Assembly (NCBI GenBank): GCA_965648915.1
Contig: CBFGIV010000005.1
Coordinates: forward strand, 1-64,000
From: a candidate division WOR-3 bacterium
GTDB taxonomy: Bacteria > Hydrothermota > Tepidihabitantia > SM23-42 > CAYGYG01
Direction of reading: 5' to 3'
DNA: 64,000 nucleotides
This document shows, piece by piece, positions 33,379-43,399 of this stretch. A program made the translations under genes and the position numbers. The notes beneath the pieces were generated by a model that saw nothing but the letters and a program-made list of their open reading frames with translations, was not told the origin of the DNA and did not search any database. Each line of letters starts with the position of its first letter. Position 1 is the first letter of the stretch.

Positions 33379-35088
33379 TCAATCAAAGAAAGCATCACGG
33401 TGATCAATGATTTCTGGTTCCTGGAAAATCTGTTGATAGATATTCTTGATCCGTGCGTCCTGTTCCTGATAGATAAGTGAGATTTTACTTGAATCGAGGG
33501 GAATCTGCCGGACTGAATCGCAGCGGATTAGATAGACACCCCATTCCGTGAATACTGTCTTGGTCTCTGTGGGAGAGAGTGAATATATTGCGCCGATCAA
33601 TTCGCTGGGGTAGTTAGCCCGGAGTTCTTCGTAGTTGGAACTTTTAATCCTTTCCATCACAAAACGCTTATCGCGTTGGGCAATTTCCTCAAGGGTTAGA
33701 TTTTTATCGAGCCAAGTCCTGACATACTGCTGGGCGATCGTCTTTTCCTTACTGCGTAAATAGTCGATCCGCACCTGCTCCCGAACATCTTCGAAGTTTG
33801 GTCTGGTTGGGGGTATTATTGTATCAAGGCTGAAAACAAAGTAACCACTGATGCCTGCGATTGGTGGGCTGATTTCAGAGATCCTGGCGCGGTTGGCATA
33901 GTTCTTCAATTGAGAAGGATTTTCGAGCCCGGGCAGGATCAACTGTTCCATGGTCAGCGGTCGGGTCTCGCGCACTAAAAGATTAAATATCTTGGCCGAT
34001 GAATCAAAGCCAGAAGCCCGGGCGGTTTGAATGAAGGCATCGATCTTTTCCTTAATTGCCACAATCGTCGAGGGTGAAATCTCAATATTGATATCAATCT
34101 TCTGGAGTCGATCACGGTCTATTCGCTTGATGATAGAGTACCCCCGTGCCGTTTTGATGGGTGGCGAAACCTCGTCTTTCTTCAGTTTGTTAAATACACC
34201 GATTAATTCAACCGGTATCTCCTGTTTTATCTCAATATCAGTATTATCCGCATAGTCTTGAGCGATTTCCTGAAAGTGACGGCCTTCTTTGAGCAATAGA
34301 TAGATTTCATCGATCTGGCTTTGGGCATTCATTGTGTCTTCACTGGTTGCCTCTTTGGGGAAATAGACATATTTAAAATTGCGCCGCGCGGGTATTACAT
34401 AATCTTTGACTTTTTCATTGAAGAAAGTTAATAATTGTTCCTGATCGACTGGAATCTGATTAAAGATCTGATCATAGGGTAGATAGAGAAAGATACCGGC
34501 GACAGTTTTAGTTAAAAGATTGAGATATAAATTCTCTTCATCAGGACTGATCCAGCCCGAAGTCATAAATTCAAATTTTAGTTTCTCACGGGGTAATGCA
34601 GTTCGAATATCACTTTCGTATTGCTGAAGCCAGGGCAGATTCTGGGGACTGCGGAGTAACATCTGGTATTTGCGTATGTCAAAGCGTCCACTATCGTCTT
34701 TCATCTCGGGATGATCAAGTAATTCACGCGGTGGTTGATTACGGATAATTGCGAGGACCTCTTCATCGGTCACGGTAATTTTTTCCTTATTGAGGATATC
34801 CCACCAGAGTTTGTCCTCGACCAATGCTCGCCAGACACCGGCCTTGATTTCGTCCTCACTCTTACCCCGATTCTGTTCTCTCCGTTCATATGCCATCTGT
34901 AGTAGACGCCGGTATTCATTATAGAAGATCGGAATATTGTTGACCCGGCCAATGATTCCTTTATCCAGATCGCGGCGTTTAATACTTGCGGTTGCATTCA
35001 TTCCCCATTCAAAGAAGATCAAAGCGGCAAAGGCAAGAACAACAACAAAAAGGACCAAACGGGTTAACTTTCGGAAATGGACCATCAT
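33379..35088 (-). CDS. PpiD/SurA-like periplasmic chaperone/PPIase
   Basis: N-terminal TM anchor, SurA_N-like region, VSPPIKT..GY rotamase-like segments. Confidence 0.8.
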   Translation of the reverse strand: MMVHFRKLTRLVLFVVVLAFAALIFFEWGMNATASIKRRDLDKGIIGRVNNIPIFYNEYRRLLQMAYERREQNRGKSEDEIKAGVWRALVEDKLWWDILNKEKITVTDEEVLAIIRNQPPRELLDHPEMKDDSGRFDIRKYQMLLRSPQNLPWLQQYESDIRTALPREKLKFEFMTSGWISPDEENLYLNLLTKTVAGIFLYLPYDQIFNQIPVDQEQLLTFFNEKVKDYVIPARRNFKYVYFPKEATSEDTMNAQSQIDEIYLLLKEGRHFQEIAQDYADNTDIEIKQEIPVELIGVFNKLKKDEVSPPIKTARGYSIIKRIDRDRLQKIDINIEISPSTIVAIKEKIDAFIQTARASGFDSSAKIFNLLVRETRPLTMEQLILPGLENPSQLKNYANRARISEISPPIAGISGYFVFSLDTIIPPTRPNFEDVREQVRIDYLRSKEKTIAQQYVRTWLDKNLTLEEIAQRDKRFVMERIKSSNYEELRANYPSELIGAIYSLSPTETKTVFTEWGVYLIRCDSVRQIPLDSSKISLIYQEQDARIKNIYQQIFQEPEIIDHRDAFFD

Positions 35089-35112
35089 ATATTTACTCCT
35101 TATTAAATTACC

Positions 35113-36366
35113 TCAGTCACAAATGGCTTTGATTCTAATACCATCCGGATTAACAAAAGCGGTGAAATTTTCACCATAATTTCTTTTAAGTTCATCGATT
35201 ATTGAGTTGGGTACTTTGATTGAGCGAAGTTGGAGTTGGCTTAAAATTTCCTGATCGATCGAAGTAACTAGGTAGACTTTGTAATTTTTTAAGATCCGTG
35301 CGGTAACAAAAGCCCTGTGGCCACCGACTTCGATTTCCTTTTCGTCAAAGTTAAGGAGTGTATCGATTCTGTATTCTTTGAGATATTTAACAAACTTTTC
35401 ATTACCCAGGCCATTTTCACATTTAGCGAACAGGACTATTGCGCCGCCGGGTTTTATATAGTCGATGGCAAAGTTTAAAATTTTATGGGCATTGAAGAAG
35501 TCGCGATTAGTCGATCCACCGGAGACAAAGATACAGTCGGCTTGCTTTTTTATCGGCCGGGAATAGTTTTTCAGGATAAAATCTACCCCCTGCTTAAAGA
35601 CCACCTTGAGTTTGCCAGCCTTTACCCAGACCGTATTGCGATTGAGATCTTCAATTACATTTAAGGCGAAATCGACCCCGACAATTTGTGCGGTCTCCGC
35701 CATCTCAAAATCGATAATATTTTTTTCTATCGACCCGATGCCAATGCCCGACCTGAGAAGTTTTGCATGATTAGCCCTTATTGTTTCGTAACCAGCGACA
35801 CCCGGCAGGATCGATTTTCGGCCTCCTGAAAACCCGGCCAGATAATGGAAGTTTATTAATCCAGTAGTGATGACGAAATCCGCAGCCACCACTTTTTCAT
35901 TTATGAGAATCTTGAGCCCGGTGCTGGTTTTCCCAATTTCTTTTAAGTTTTGATGGCAGTTATGAAAAGAGAATTTAAATTTTTCTGGTAAAGAGCCATA
36001 AAGTTCTTTCTGCTCCTCTGATGTATGTTCACGGTGTGTTCCCAGGGCAACGATGAACTCAATGTTTGCTTCATCCACTCCGGATTCGACGATTTCACCG
36101 ACTAAAATGTCGAGGATTTTACAGTAATTACTGATATTTCGGGAGATATCAGATACGATAATAACCAGATAGCCAGGCCGATTCTTCCTTAAGATATGAC
36201 TTAGATTGGGTGTTCCTTGAGGGGTGGTGAGGGCTTCTTTGACAAGTTCCTCAACCGGACGGGGTGATTGACCTTCAGGATTTTTCTTAATAATTCCTAA
36301 GATCTGTCTATCAGGAATTTCCAGACTGACTTTTTCATCACCATAATCGAAAGCGATCCTTGCCAT
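35113..36366 (-). CDS. larA: LarA-family (nickel-pincer-dependent) racemase/epimerase
   Basis: SDISR, ALGTHR, HYLAGFSGGRKSILPG, C.NGLG. Confidence 0.85.
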   Translation of the reverse strand: MARIAFDYGDEKVSLEIPDRQILGIIKKNPEGQSPRPVEELVKEALTTPQGTPNLSHILRKNRPGYLVIIVSDISRNISNYCKILDILVGEIVESGVDEANIEFIVALGTHREHTSEEQKELYGSLPEKFKFSFHNCHQNLKEIGKTSTGLKILINEKVVAADFVITTGLINFHYLAGFSGGRKSILPGVAGYETIRANHAKLLRSGIGIGSIEKNIIDFEMAETAQIVGVDFALNVIEDLNRNTVWVKAGKLKVVFKQGVDFILKNYSRPIKKQADCIFVSGGSTNRDFFNAHKILNFAIDYIKPGGAIVLFAKCENGLGNEKFVKYLKEYRIDTLLNFDEKEIEVGGHRAFVTARILKNYKVYLVTSIDQEILSQLQLRSIKVPNSIIDELKRNYGENFTAFVNPDGIRIKAICD

Positions 36367-36426
36367 ACAGGATAATAATTAAAATTGGGTTTTTGTCAAT
36401 CCCGTTGTCAGCGCCCTAATCCTGAC

Positions 36427-36840
36427 TTACTCATCTTCGCCAAAGAAGAACCTTATTTCACGCTCGGGGTCTTCATCGGGATTTGAAGCATGGACGCAGT
36501 TTTCCGTAATGGTGGTGCCGTATAAGTTGCGGATTGTCCCGGGCTCGGCTTTTTTAGGGTCGGTGCTACCGATCAGTTGTCTGATTTTCTTCACGCAATC
36601 TTCACCTTCGATAAGACAGGCAACAATTGGGCCCGAGGTAACAAAATCGATCAGGACCGGAAAGAAATCTTTATCTTTATGGATCTGGTAGAATTCCTCA
36701 GCCTGCGGACGATTGAGTTTGACCATCTTCAATCCAGTTATGTTGAGCCCAACCGATTCAATCCGGTCGATGATCTTGCCGATAAGTCTCCTTTTGACCG
36801 CATCGGGTTTGATAAAGAGGAGGGTTTTTTTCATCTTCAT
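36427..36840 (-). CDS. ndk: Nucleoside diphosphate kinase
   Basis: IKPDAV, PGTIR, NCVHAS; ATGA overlap with the upstream gene. Confidence 0.96.
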   Translation of the reverse strand: MKMKKTLLFIKPDAVKRRLIGKIIDRIESVGLNITGLKMVKLNRPQAEEFYQIHKDKDFFPVLIDFVTSGPIVACLIEGEDCVKKIRQLIGSTDPKKAEPGTIRNLYGTTITENCVHASNPDEDPEREIRFFFGEDE

Positions 36841-37787
36841 TTCCTTTCTCTTAGTTTTATCTGACGATAATCTATGGAAGCAGCCTGAAGCGCCTTTTGC
36901 CAGGTTCCATAATATTCCCGGCATGCCCACAGAAGCCTCGGAAATTTAATTCTCAGATCAGCAAGTGACTTGATTTTGCCTTTCCTGAATAAAGTCTTTA
37001 ACTCGTTGATGATAACTTTTTTGCTCCAGGACAGGACACTCTTTTTAATTCGATCTTCAGGCAGCCCGGCCGCCTTCAGGGCCTGGCGCCAGCCACCAAA
37101 ATGATCGATACAGGCGTAGTAGAGACGATGAAATTTTTTTCTCAGATCTGAGAGATGAGTAATCTCTCCTGAGTTTATTTTCTGTTTCAGGGTCTTTATA
37201 ATCTGTTCTTTAGACCAGATTGTGACTTCTTCGATACAGTGCGGATCGAGCCCGGCCGCGACAAACGCCCGACGCCAGGTTTTGAAATAATGTCGGCAGG
37301 CTTTATAAAGAGAAGGATATTCATCGCGAAATTGTTTCAGCCTCTTTATCATTCTTTTACGGATCAATTTGCGCAGGGTCTTGAGAACAAGGTATTCACT
37401 CCATTCTTTTGTTTTTCTTATTTTTTTATAGGCAATACCGGCCGCGGCATAGGCCTGGCTGAGTCCGCCAAAATGTTTTTTTGCGGCTGACTTCAGTTTT
37501 GGATAGTATCGGTCAAGATCAGAAGATGCAAGTCCAAGGCCCGTCTTTTGCAGGCGTTTAATTTCCCTGATAATTTTGTCTTTAGTCCAGGTCCTTACTT
37601 TTCTGACTGAGTCATAATCGATACCGCAGGCCTCGATTGCCTTGGGCCAGGATCCAAAACGGCCGCGGGCACCATGATATAAAGATGGGTAATGTTTAAT
37701 CGCATATCCGGAAGAGAGGGGTTTCCCTTTACGATAGATAACCATAATCTCTTCAAGCACACGCTCGGGCGTCCATTTTTTCCGCAT
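36837..37787 (-). CDS. Protein of five ~62-aa basic helical repeats (homing-endonuclease-associated-repeat-like), no nuclease domain
   Basis: Five units W[TS]...[IV][IL]...[YF]P.L...[AC]...FG.W..A..AAG[IL]. Confidence 0.8.
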   Translation of the reverse strand: MRKKWTPERVLEEIMVIYRKGKPLSSGYAIKHYPSLYHGARGRFGSWPKAIEACGIDYDSVRKVRTWTKDKIIREIKRLQKTGLGLASSDLDRYYPKLKSAAKKHFGGLSQAYAAAGIAYKKIRKTKEWSEYLVLKTLRKLIRKRMIKRLKQFRDEYPSLYKACRHYFKTWRRAFVAAGLDPHCIEEVTIWSKEQIIKTLKQKINSGEITHLSDLRKKFHRLYYACIDHFGGWRQALKAAGLPEDRIKKSVLSWSKKVIINELKTLFRKGKIKSLADLRIKFPRLLWACREYYGTWQKALQAASIDYRQIKLRERK

Positions 37788-37894
37788 AGAAAAATATATA
37801 CAGATTGGGAAAAAAGTAAATTGATTTTTTCATAATGAGAGTATCTTTGGAGTTGAATGATTGACAATTGAGTTTTTTTTAATAGAATATAACA

Positions 37895-38602
37895 ATGTAT
37901 CTCTTTTTCGGTGATGCCCATTTTGGTAACAGATATACAAATCGCGAGGATGAAAGAATTAAACTCTTTGTCAGATTTTTAAAGAGAAAAGCCATTAAGG
38001 CCAGAGAAATTTTTATTGTTGGTGACCTTTTTGAATTCTGGTTTGAGTATCGTGCGGTAATCCCGAAGAGGTATTATTCAATTTTGAATGGTTTATGTTG
38101 TCTGGTCGAAAGCGGTGTTGGGGTCCATTATTTTATGGGCAATCACGAATTTGGCGAGGGGGAATTTTTCAAGACCCTTGGATTTAAGGTCTATAAACAG
38201 GAGAGAATATTTCAACTGGGCAAAATGAGGGTTCTGGTCGGGCATGGCGATGATGCGGATGATGCATGGGCAACGCGTTTTATGAATTTCATCTTCCGGT
38301 CCAAGGTCGATCAATTCCTTTACCGTCTGATCCATCCGGATATCGGGATTGAAATTGCCCGTTCTATTGCCCGGGCGAGTCGGGAAAAAAGCGAACTGCA
38401 TGATTCAAGCCGTAAATTAGAGCAGTATGCCTTGAAGAAATTTCAGACCGAGGATATCGATGCGGTGGTGTTTGGTCATAGTCATCTACCGGTCTGCAAG
38501 AGATTCGGCAAGAGGTATTATCTCAATGTTGGTGATTTCCTGACCCATTTCACCTATGGTATGCTCAATAGGGAAAAGTTATCGCTCCGGCAGGTAAGAT
38601 AG
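37895..38602 (+). CDS. lpxH: UDP-2,3-diacylglucosamine diphosphatase (LpxH-like metallophosphoesterase)
   Basis: DAHFG, GDLFEFW, GNHE, HGD, GHSH; IHPD motif. Confidence 0.85.
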   Translation: MYLFFGDAHFGNRYTNREDERIKLFVRFLKRKAIKAREIFIVGDLFEFWFEYRAVIPKRYYSILNGLCCLVESGVGVHYFMGNHEFGEGEFFKTLGFKVYKQERIFQLGKMRVLVGHGDDADDAWATRFMNFIFRSKVDQFLYRLIHPDIGIEIARSIARASREKSELHDSSRKLEQYALKKFQTEDIDAVVFGHSHLPVCKRFGKRYYLNVGDFLTHFTYGMLNREKLSLRQVR

Positions 38603-38625
38603 GCACGATTGGTTAATCCCCAAAA

Positions 38626-38652
38626 TAAAAGGGGCCTTTATCGGCCCCTTTG
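38626..38652. terminator. Bidirectional intrinsic terminator
   Basis: AAAGGGGCC/GGCCCCTTT between convergent genes. Confidence 0.8.
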
Positions 38653-38669
38653 CTATTAAAGAAGTTTAT

Positions 38670-40598
38670 TTATTCAAGCAGAATTATCTTTCCCTGGGCG
38701 ATAAAGTCGCCGGTCTGGTAGTGATAGAAGTAGACACCAGATTCAACCTTTCTCATCCTGTTATCCGTACGATCCCAGAGGATGGTAGATGGTGTGTAGT
38801 TTATGGTCAATGGGAGATTTTTTATCAACTGTCCGGAGACATTGTAGATTCTTATTTCAGCCTTAGACTCAGGCATGCCATTGACCTGGAAAAGAACCTG
38901 ATGACGAGCGGGATTGGTGAGCAGGTAAAATTCATTCCTGATGTTGATCGGTTCCCCTTGCTCACTGATCACAACCGCATTACCAATTGTCAGGGTGCAG
39001 GTCAGTGCCTGGCGGATCGTGCAGGTATCATCTTTGAAGGTTAGTTCAAGTCTCAGTGCCTTTCTCGAGCCCGGGGTTGCATTGCGACTGCAGTAGACCT
39101 GGAAGCGGGAATTACGGTTGTCACCTACGGAGTTCCTTCTTATTGTCGGGAAGGTTGCGTTGGCGGTCTGGACTGTAATCTGGGTGTCGAGCGAGACCAG
39201 GTGGGCAGATATGTTATAGGCAGAATCGAGGGGGTGGATAGCACGGTTACGGATGAAGAACCAGAGATGGGAGGTCTCGCGTGGGTCGAGCTGGCCGGTT
39301 CGATTACCCAATGCGGTGTCAGCAACCACCGGTCGGATCTGATCAAAAAAGACACCAGCGATCTTGGTTAAGTAATAGTTGACCGGTCGGTTCTCAGTGA
39401 TATTTCGATTGATGACGCTCATATTGTTATAGCCGTCCCAGAAGTCGGTCTGGTTTGTTTCGATCGAATAGGCGTAGGTAACAAATTTGGGGACACCATT
39501 ATGGAGTGTATCTTTCATCTCCCATTCAATACTTGTGCCGTTTGTCTCATAGAGCACGCGGATGATCGGTCCGGTTCGGGTGTAGCCGTTTTTAGCTCGA
39601 ATCGAATCAAGGATCTGCCACTGCATAGCTGAATCCGGGATCGGTTCGGCAGTGCTACTATACCCCCAGACACAGAGGTTATAGGGGCCATAGGAATGGT
39701 AGTCCATCTGGGTGCGAATCTTTTTGGGCAGGAAGAAGTCCCTTGCCGCCTGGGTCTCGGGTTCAGAGAACCTTGAAGGGCCGCGGTAAGTCTCTGATGA
39801 TGGATTGGGACTTGAGCCAGAATTATTATAACCCCAGCGGTAGCCATAATTTCGGTTTAAGTCGACACCGACATAGGGCGATTGGATTACTCTACGATTC
39901 TTACGCCAGTTAGCAGTTGCACCACCCGAATCAGAATTGTATCGATAACCATCGGGGTTCATTACCGGGATGAAATAGATCTCACGGTTCCTGATAAACC
40001 AGGTGACGATTGAATCGCGATTGTAGTTGTCGATCAGGTATTTGATATAGTCCATACACAGATGCGTTCCCATCGGCTCCCGGGCATGGGTCGCACCATT
40101 GAAAAGGACTGCGGGCTCCATTTCATCTACTGTCGGATTGTCTGATATCTTGAGAGCGATGAGATCAAGCCCCTGATGGGAACGGCCCGCTGAATAGAGC
40201 CGGCAGATAGACGGTTGCAATGTCACCCAGCGGTTGAGTGAATCGCGCACTTCCCAGTAGGTATAGAAATAGCCAAAGTCTCTGAGCATTTCGGGATCGC
40301 GAACACCGGTCACCTTGTAGAATTTTTCGCGGATGTCGGCATAGGTTACCTCGGTTCTGATCCCTTTTATTGCCTGGATTTTATCCAATTGTTCTTGATC
40401 GGTAATTATTACCAGATAGTACTCACCCTGAGGTGTTTCACCAACCGTAGCTATATCGAGTTCGCCAAAAAGGTCACCAAGCTGGACGATCAGGTTGTCG
40501 ACATTCTTAAAATAGACCCGGGCTTCCATCTTTACCGGTTCACCGAGGACTATGCCGATAAAAAGCAGAAGGCCAAACAATGCGCAAGCTTTTTTCAT
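38670..40598 (-). CDS. Secreted M14 zinc carboxypeptidase with C-terminal sorting-type domain
   Basis: SD AAGGAGG, signal peptide MKKACALF, HARE, NPDG, RKNRR, GVDLNRNY, DYHSY; tail IYNVSGQLI...SGVYFY...GKIILLE. Confidence 0.92.
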   Translation of the reverse strand: MKKACALFGLLLFIGIVLGEPVKMEARVYFKNVDNLIVQLGDLFGELDIATVGETPQGEYYLVIITDQEQLDKIQAIKGIRTEVTYADIREKFYKVTGVRDPEMLRDFGYFYTYWEVRDSLNRWVTLQPSICRLYSAGRSHQGLDLIALKISDNPTVDEMEPAVLFNGATHAREPMGTHLCMDYIKYLIDNYNRDSIVTWFIRNREIYFIPVMNPDGYRYNSDSGGATANWRKNRRVIQSPYVGVDLNRNYGYRWGYNNSGSSPNPSSETYRGPSRFSEPETQAARDFFLPKKIRTQMDYHSYGPYNLCVWGYSSTAEPIPDSAMQWQILDSIRAKNGYTRTGPIIRVLYETNGTSIEWEMKDTLHNGVPKFVTYAYSIETNQTDFWDGYNNMSVINRNITENRPVNYYLTKIAGVFFDQIRPVVADTALGNRTGQLDPRETSHLWFFIRNRAIHPLDSAYNISAHLVSLDTQITVQTANATFPTIRRNSVGDNRNSRFQVYCSRNATPGSRKALRLELTFKDDTCTIRQALTCTLTIGNAVVISEQGEPINIRNEFYLLTNPARHQVLFQVNGMPESKAEIRIYNVSGQLIKNLPLTINYTPSTILWDRTDNRMRKVESGVYFYHYQTGDFIAQGKIILLE

Positions 40599-40935
40599 AA
40601 AACCTCCTTGAGTTTCTATGCTTGGCTTTATGTGATAGGTAAATGAATAATAATATAATTTTATTCTATTTTTTAAAAATGTCAAGTGAAATGTGTAGAT
40701 AGTCTGGTAAATCTTCCCCGGAGGCCGGAGCGCTCACCAGGGCAGACCCCGGCAGGTATCGAAGGAAAAGTGTTGGCTTTGCAGAAAAAGACCAATTTGT
40801 TTTTTTACGGCTGCGCTGTTAACTTAAAAGAATGGATTAACTTGTATTCAGCAGGGGATAGCGGTCGATATTAAGACGCGGTCCAAAAGTAAAATTGATA
40901 ATTGACTTTTGTTTAATTTCAAATAGAATAGACCC

Positions 40936-41727
40936 GTGCGTCTGGCTTATTACCTCTTTCCCCTGCTGGTTTTAACAATTGACTGTCGGCCAAATACCGC
41001 CAATGCGATAACGATCGTCGGTTCTACCTCGGTCCAACCCTTCGTTGAAAAGTTAGCCGAAGAGTATATGAAACTTCATCCCCGGATTAAGATTAATGTC
41101 CAAGGTGGTGGTTCGACCGCCGGGATTACAGCGGTTATGGATGGTGCCTGCCCGATTGGAATGTCTTCACGCCACCTTAAGAATGAGGAGAAGGGTTTGG
41201 ACACAGTTACAATTGCTCAAGATGCAATTGTTGTTATTGTCCATCCCCAGAATAATTTAAGAAATATTACACTCCAGCAGATCAGGGATATCTTTTCCGG
41301 GAAGATAAAGAGATGGAAAGAACTGGGGGGAGAAGATGCTAAAATCGTTGTTGTGACCCGGGAAGAAGGCTCGGGAACCAGAGGGGCATTTACTGAAATG
41401 GTTATGGAAGATTCTGATATCTCGGGCGAGGCGCTGGTTCAAGATTCAAACGGCGCAGTCCGGGAGATTGTAGCTCGAGATAAATATGCGATTGGCTATA
41501 TATCGTTTGGTCTCCTCGATGAAAGAGTTCAGCCTCTGGCCATTGGAGGGGTCTTACCAACTGTTGAAAATATAAAAAAGGGTGTGTATGGTTTGAAGCG
41601 TCCATTTCTCCTCTTGGTAAAGCCGGGCAGCAATTGTGCCCTGGCGGATAGTTTTATTGGCTATTGCTTGAGCAGAGAGGGACAGAAGAGTCTTTCTGAA
41701 GAAGGTCTGATCCCGCGCCAGCCGTGA
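40936..41727 (+). CDS. pstS: Phosphate ABC transporter substrate-binding lipoprotein
   Basis: GSTSV, GGGST.G, TREEGSGTR. Confidence 0.93.
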   Translation: MRLAYYLFPLLVLTIDCRPNTANAITIVGSTSVQPFVEKLAEEYMKLHPRIKINVQGGGSTAGITAVMDGACPIGMSSRHLKNEEKGLDTVTIAQDAIVVIVHPQNNLRNITLQQIRDIFSGKIKRWKELGGEDAKIVVVTREEGSGTRGAFTEMVMEDSDISGEALVQDSNGAVREIVARDKYAIGYISFGLLDERVQPLAIGGVLPTVENIKKGVYGLKRPFLLLVKPGSNCALADSFIGYCLSREGQKSLSEEGLIPRQP

Positions 41728-42563
41728 GAGACAAGATTATTGAAAAAGCACTCTTTTTCACAGCCCTTTCGGCATCGATCGTTCTCTTTTTGATTGCCTT
41801 CTTTATATTTCAACAGGGTGTCCCACTGATCTTTAAGGTCGGGATTGATAAATTTCTTCTAAGTTTAAGATGGGCACCGAGCAAGTCCAGTTTTGGAATT
41901 CTGCCTTTTATCATTGGCTCATTCTTTGTTACGGCCGGGGCATTGATAATTTCAGTCCCCTTCGGACTAGGTTGTGCAATATTTCTGGCTGAGTTCTCCC
42001 CCAAATTATTAAGTCAAATCCTGAAACCGGTAATTGAACTGCTCGCCGGTATCCCCTCAGTGGTTTACGGATTTGTCGGGGTGATTGTCCTTGCCCCTTT
42101 GATAAGAAGCTATCTGGGTGGCCCCGGGCTCTCGATCTTAACCGCGGGGATAATCCTTGCCATTATGGTTCTACCGACGATTATCAGCATCTCCTATGAT
42201 GCAATTGTTGCGGTCCCGAATAGTTATCGAGAAGGATCGCTTGCCTTAGGTGCAACCCGCTGGCAGACAGTAACCGGCGTTGTTCTTCGTGCCGCCCGGT
42301 CGGGTATAATCGCAAGTCTGATCCTTGGTATTGGACGGGCAGTAGGGGAGACAATGGCGGTTATTATGGTTGCGGGCAATGCGATAAAATTACCCAGTTC
42401 AATATTGGCCCCAACCAGGACGCTCACCAGCAATATTGCCTTGGAGATGGCATATGCAACCGGGATGCATCGTCAGGCACTATTTGCCACCGGGGTAATT
42501 CTCTTTCTCATCATTATGGTGATAAACAGTATCGCCTATATTATGATCAGGAGAGAAGAATGA
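41724..42563 (+). CDS. pstC: Phosphate ABC transporter permease
   Basis: ELLAGIPSVVYG, RAVGETMAV. Confidence 0.95.
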   Translation: MRDKIIEKALFFTALSASIVLFLIAFFIFQQGVPLIFKVGIDKFLLSLRWAPSKSSFGILPFIIGSFFVTAGALIISVPFGLGCAIFLAEFSPKLLSQILKPVIELLAGIPSVVYGFVGVIVLAPLIRSYLGGPGLSILTAGIILAIMVLPTIISISYDAIVAVPNSYREGSLALGATRWQTVTGVVLRAARSGIIASLILGIGRAVGETMAVIMVAGNAIKLPSSILAPTRTLTSNIALEMAYATGMHRQALFATGVILFLIIMVINSIAYIMIRREE

Positions 42564-43399
42564 TCCGGCTTGAGCCCAGAACTGAACAGAAGGTCACATG
42601 GGTAATTTTAGTTACCCTGACATTGATAACAATCGGGGTTCTCTTTTTTATAATTGGTTTTATTCTTAATGACGGGATCAGAAATATCAATATTGAATTT
42701 TTGACTGGTTTTCCTCGACATATGGGCAAAGAGGGGGGGATTTTCCCTATGATCCTTGGCACATTCTATCTTGTGCTGGTTGCAGTTGCAATTGCAACAC
42801 CGCTTGGAGTCGGTAGCGCCGTATACCTCAATGAATATGCTAAGCCGGGAAGAATTGTCAAAGGGGTAAGATTTGGCATTGACTGCCTGGCCGGAATTCC
42901 CTCGATTATCTTCGGACTATTTGGCTTTGTTCTATTTGTAGTAAAACTTGGCTTTGGCTGGTCGATTCTCTCCGGAGGCCTGACACTGGCTTTTATGATC
43001 TTACCAACAATTATCCGGACAAGTGAAGAGGCGATCAAGGCGGTGCCTTTTGTTTATCGGGAGGTGAGTAAATCGCTCGGTGCAGGAAAATGGCAGACCA
43101 TTCAGAAGATTGTTTTGCCGAATGCCCTACCCGGAATCTTAACGGGAATTATCCTTGGTATTGGGCGGAGCGTGGGCGAGACCGCCTGCGTTATCTTCAC
43201 GGCCGGGTCTTCACTCCAGATGCCGACCTCACTCTTTTCTCCAACCCGTTCTATGGCGGTCCACTTTTATATTTTAGCCCGGGAAGGGATATCGATGGAA
43301 AAGGCCTTTGCGACTGCAGCGGTATTGGTAATCTTGATTCTTTTGATCAATCTTTTAGCCTACTATTTTATGCATCGGTTTATAGCCCGATTGCGATGA
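42560..43399 (+). CDS. pstA: Phosphate ABC transporter permease
   Basis: LAGIPSIIFGLFG, R.VGETA. Confidence 0.95.
   Translation: MIRLEPRTEQKVTWVILVTLTLITIGVLFFIIGFILNDGIRNINIEFLTGFPRHMGKEGGIFPMILGTFYLVLVAVAIATPLGVGSAVYLNEYAKPGRIVKGVRFGIDCLAGIPSIIFGLFGFVLFVVKLGFGWSILSGGLTLAFMILPTIIRTSEEAIKAVPFVYREVSKSLGAGKWQTIQKIVLPNALPGILTGIILGIGRSVGETACVIFTAGSSLQMPTSLFSPTRSMAVHFYILAREGISMEKAFATAAVLVILILLINLLAYYFMHRFIARLR

Noticed and set aside
36841..36930. N-terminal extension of ndk
   Set aside because: Overlaps the repeat gene; the SD and ATGA overlap point to 36840
43090..43395. 102-aa N-terminal extension of pstB copy 1
   Set aside because: Lies within pstA in another frame; the ATGA overlap at 43396 gives a normal start
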